Below, piece after piece: positions 62,701 through 64,000 of a stretch of 64,000 nt of DNA. The translations under genes were made by a program, and so were the position numbers. Source of the DNA: Auanema rhodensis. Taxonomy: Eukaryota > Animalia > Nematoda. The notes beneath the pieces are model-generated. The model did not search any database, was not told the origin of the DNA, and worked only from the letters and a program-made list of their open reading frames with translations. The DNA lies in the NCBI GenBank assembly GCA_964057225.1, contig OZ059898.1:3472001-3536000 (forward strand), in the 5' to 3' direction. Within the stretch, counting starts at the first letter, position 1. Every line of letters starts with the position of its first letter.

Positions 62701-64000
62701 GCGTTTCTCAATGTAGTATAGTGCATTCGATGCGGATTTTTAAGCTGCGTCGATCTGTGTTATCAGATTTGCGCTAGCTTAAAAATGCACCGAGATATCA
62801 ACTGATATAAGTTCACACTTATATCCTCGATTTTCACCCTGAAGAAATAATTTTTTCGTTGAATAACATTGTCCATCGTCTTTGCCTTGAAAAAAGGAAT
62901 CTAAAAAATCTACTTTTTGCTAAATTATTTTGAAATTTTTCGAAAAAATTTTTGTCAAAATGTTTTTGGAAGCAATGTTGAGTGTACATGGAAACTCAAC
63001 ATACACTAATGCATCATTTTTCAAACGATCATAACTAATTTTTGTATCAAGCGTTTCTCAATGTAGTAGAGTGCATTCGATGCGGATTTTTAAGCTGCGT
63101 CGATCTGTGTTATCAGATTTGCGCTAGCTTAAAAATGCACCGAGATATCAACTGATATAAGTTCACACTTATATCCTCGATTTTCACCCTGAAGAAATAA
63201 TTTTTTCGTTGAATAACATTGTCCATCGTCTTTTGCTTTGAAAAATGGAATCTAAAAACATCTACTTTTTGCTAAATTCTTTTGAAATTTTTCGAAAAAA
63301 GTTTTGTCAAAATGTTTTTGGAAGCAATGTTGAGTGTACATGGAAACTCAACATACACTAATGCATCATTTTTCAAACGATCATAACTAATTTTTGTATC
63401 AAGCGTTTCTCAATGTAGTATAGTGCATTCGATGCGGATTTTTAAGCTGCGTCGATCTGTGTTATCAGATTTGCGCTAGCTTAAAAATGCACCGAGAAAT
63501 CAACTGATATAGGTTCACACTTATATCCTCGATTTTATCCCTGAAGAAATAATTTTTTCGTTGAATAACATTGTCCATCGTCTTTGCCTTAAAAAAAGGA
63601 ATCTAAAAACATCTACTTTTTGCTAAATTATTTTGAAATTTTTCGAAAAAATTTTTGTCAAAATGTTTTTGGAAGCAATATTGAGTGTACATGGAAACTC
63701 AACATACACTAATGCATCATTTTTCAAACGATCATAGCTAATTTTTGTATCAAGCGTTTCTCAATGTAGTATAGTGCATTCGATGCGGATTTTTAAGCTG
63801 CGTCGATCTGTGTTATCAGATTTGCGCTAGCTTAAAAATGCACCGAGATATCAACTGATATAAGTTCACACTTATATCCTCGATTTTCACCCTGAAGAAA
63901 TAATTTTTTCGTTGAATAACATTGTCCATCGTCTTTGCCTTGAAAAATGGAATCTAAAAACATCTACTTTTTGCTAAATTCTTTTGAAATTTTTCGAAAA
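47785..64000. repeat. Tandem satellite array, ~351-bp monomer (right arm, ~46 copies)
   Basis: Same monomer and orientation; resumes exactly in register (atcgtc-tttgccttga) after the inserted element. Confidence 0.99.

Overview
Eukaryotic (probably animal) genomic DNA. A homogeneous ~351-bp tandem satellite array (1-32400 and 47785-64000, about 92 + 46 monomers) is interrupted by one apparently intact 15,384-bp Maverick/Polinton, an endogenous virus-like transposon (32401-47784). The element has ~840-bp near-identical terminal inverted repeats (AGTAG...CTACT) and a 6-bp target-site duplication (ATCGTC). It encodes a protein-primed DNA polymerase B that I reconstruct by hand as a 14-exon, ~1369-aa ORF (terminal-protein region, OTU-like protease, Zn-rich region, exonuclease, VSR-like nuclease insertion, palm motifs). 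An intronless block holds the major and minor capsid proteins, a core/pVI-like protein, an adenain-like protease, a packaging ATPase, two further Polinton-type ORFs and a chromodomain integrase. There are three accessory genes: a tail-anchored Cys-motif microprotein, a double C2H2 zinc-finger protein, and a 3-exon minus-strand gene mostly missed by the ORF track. That last protein starts with a consensus APC/C destruction box and CDK sites, followed by a Cys/His cluster, making it a candidate cell-cycle regulator. Introns of 40-46 nt suggest a nematode-like host, but the host cannot be identified from this sequence. All gene models and family assignments are from manual motif reading, not database searches.
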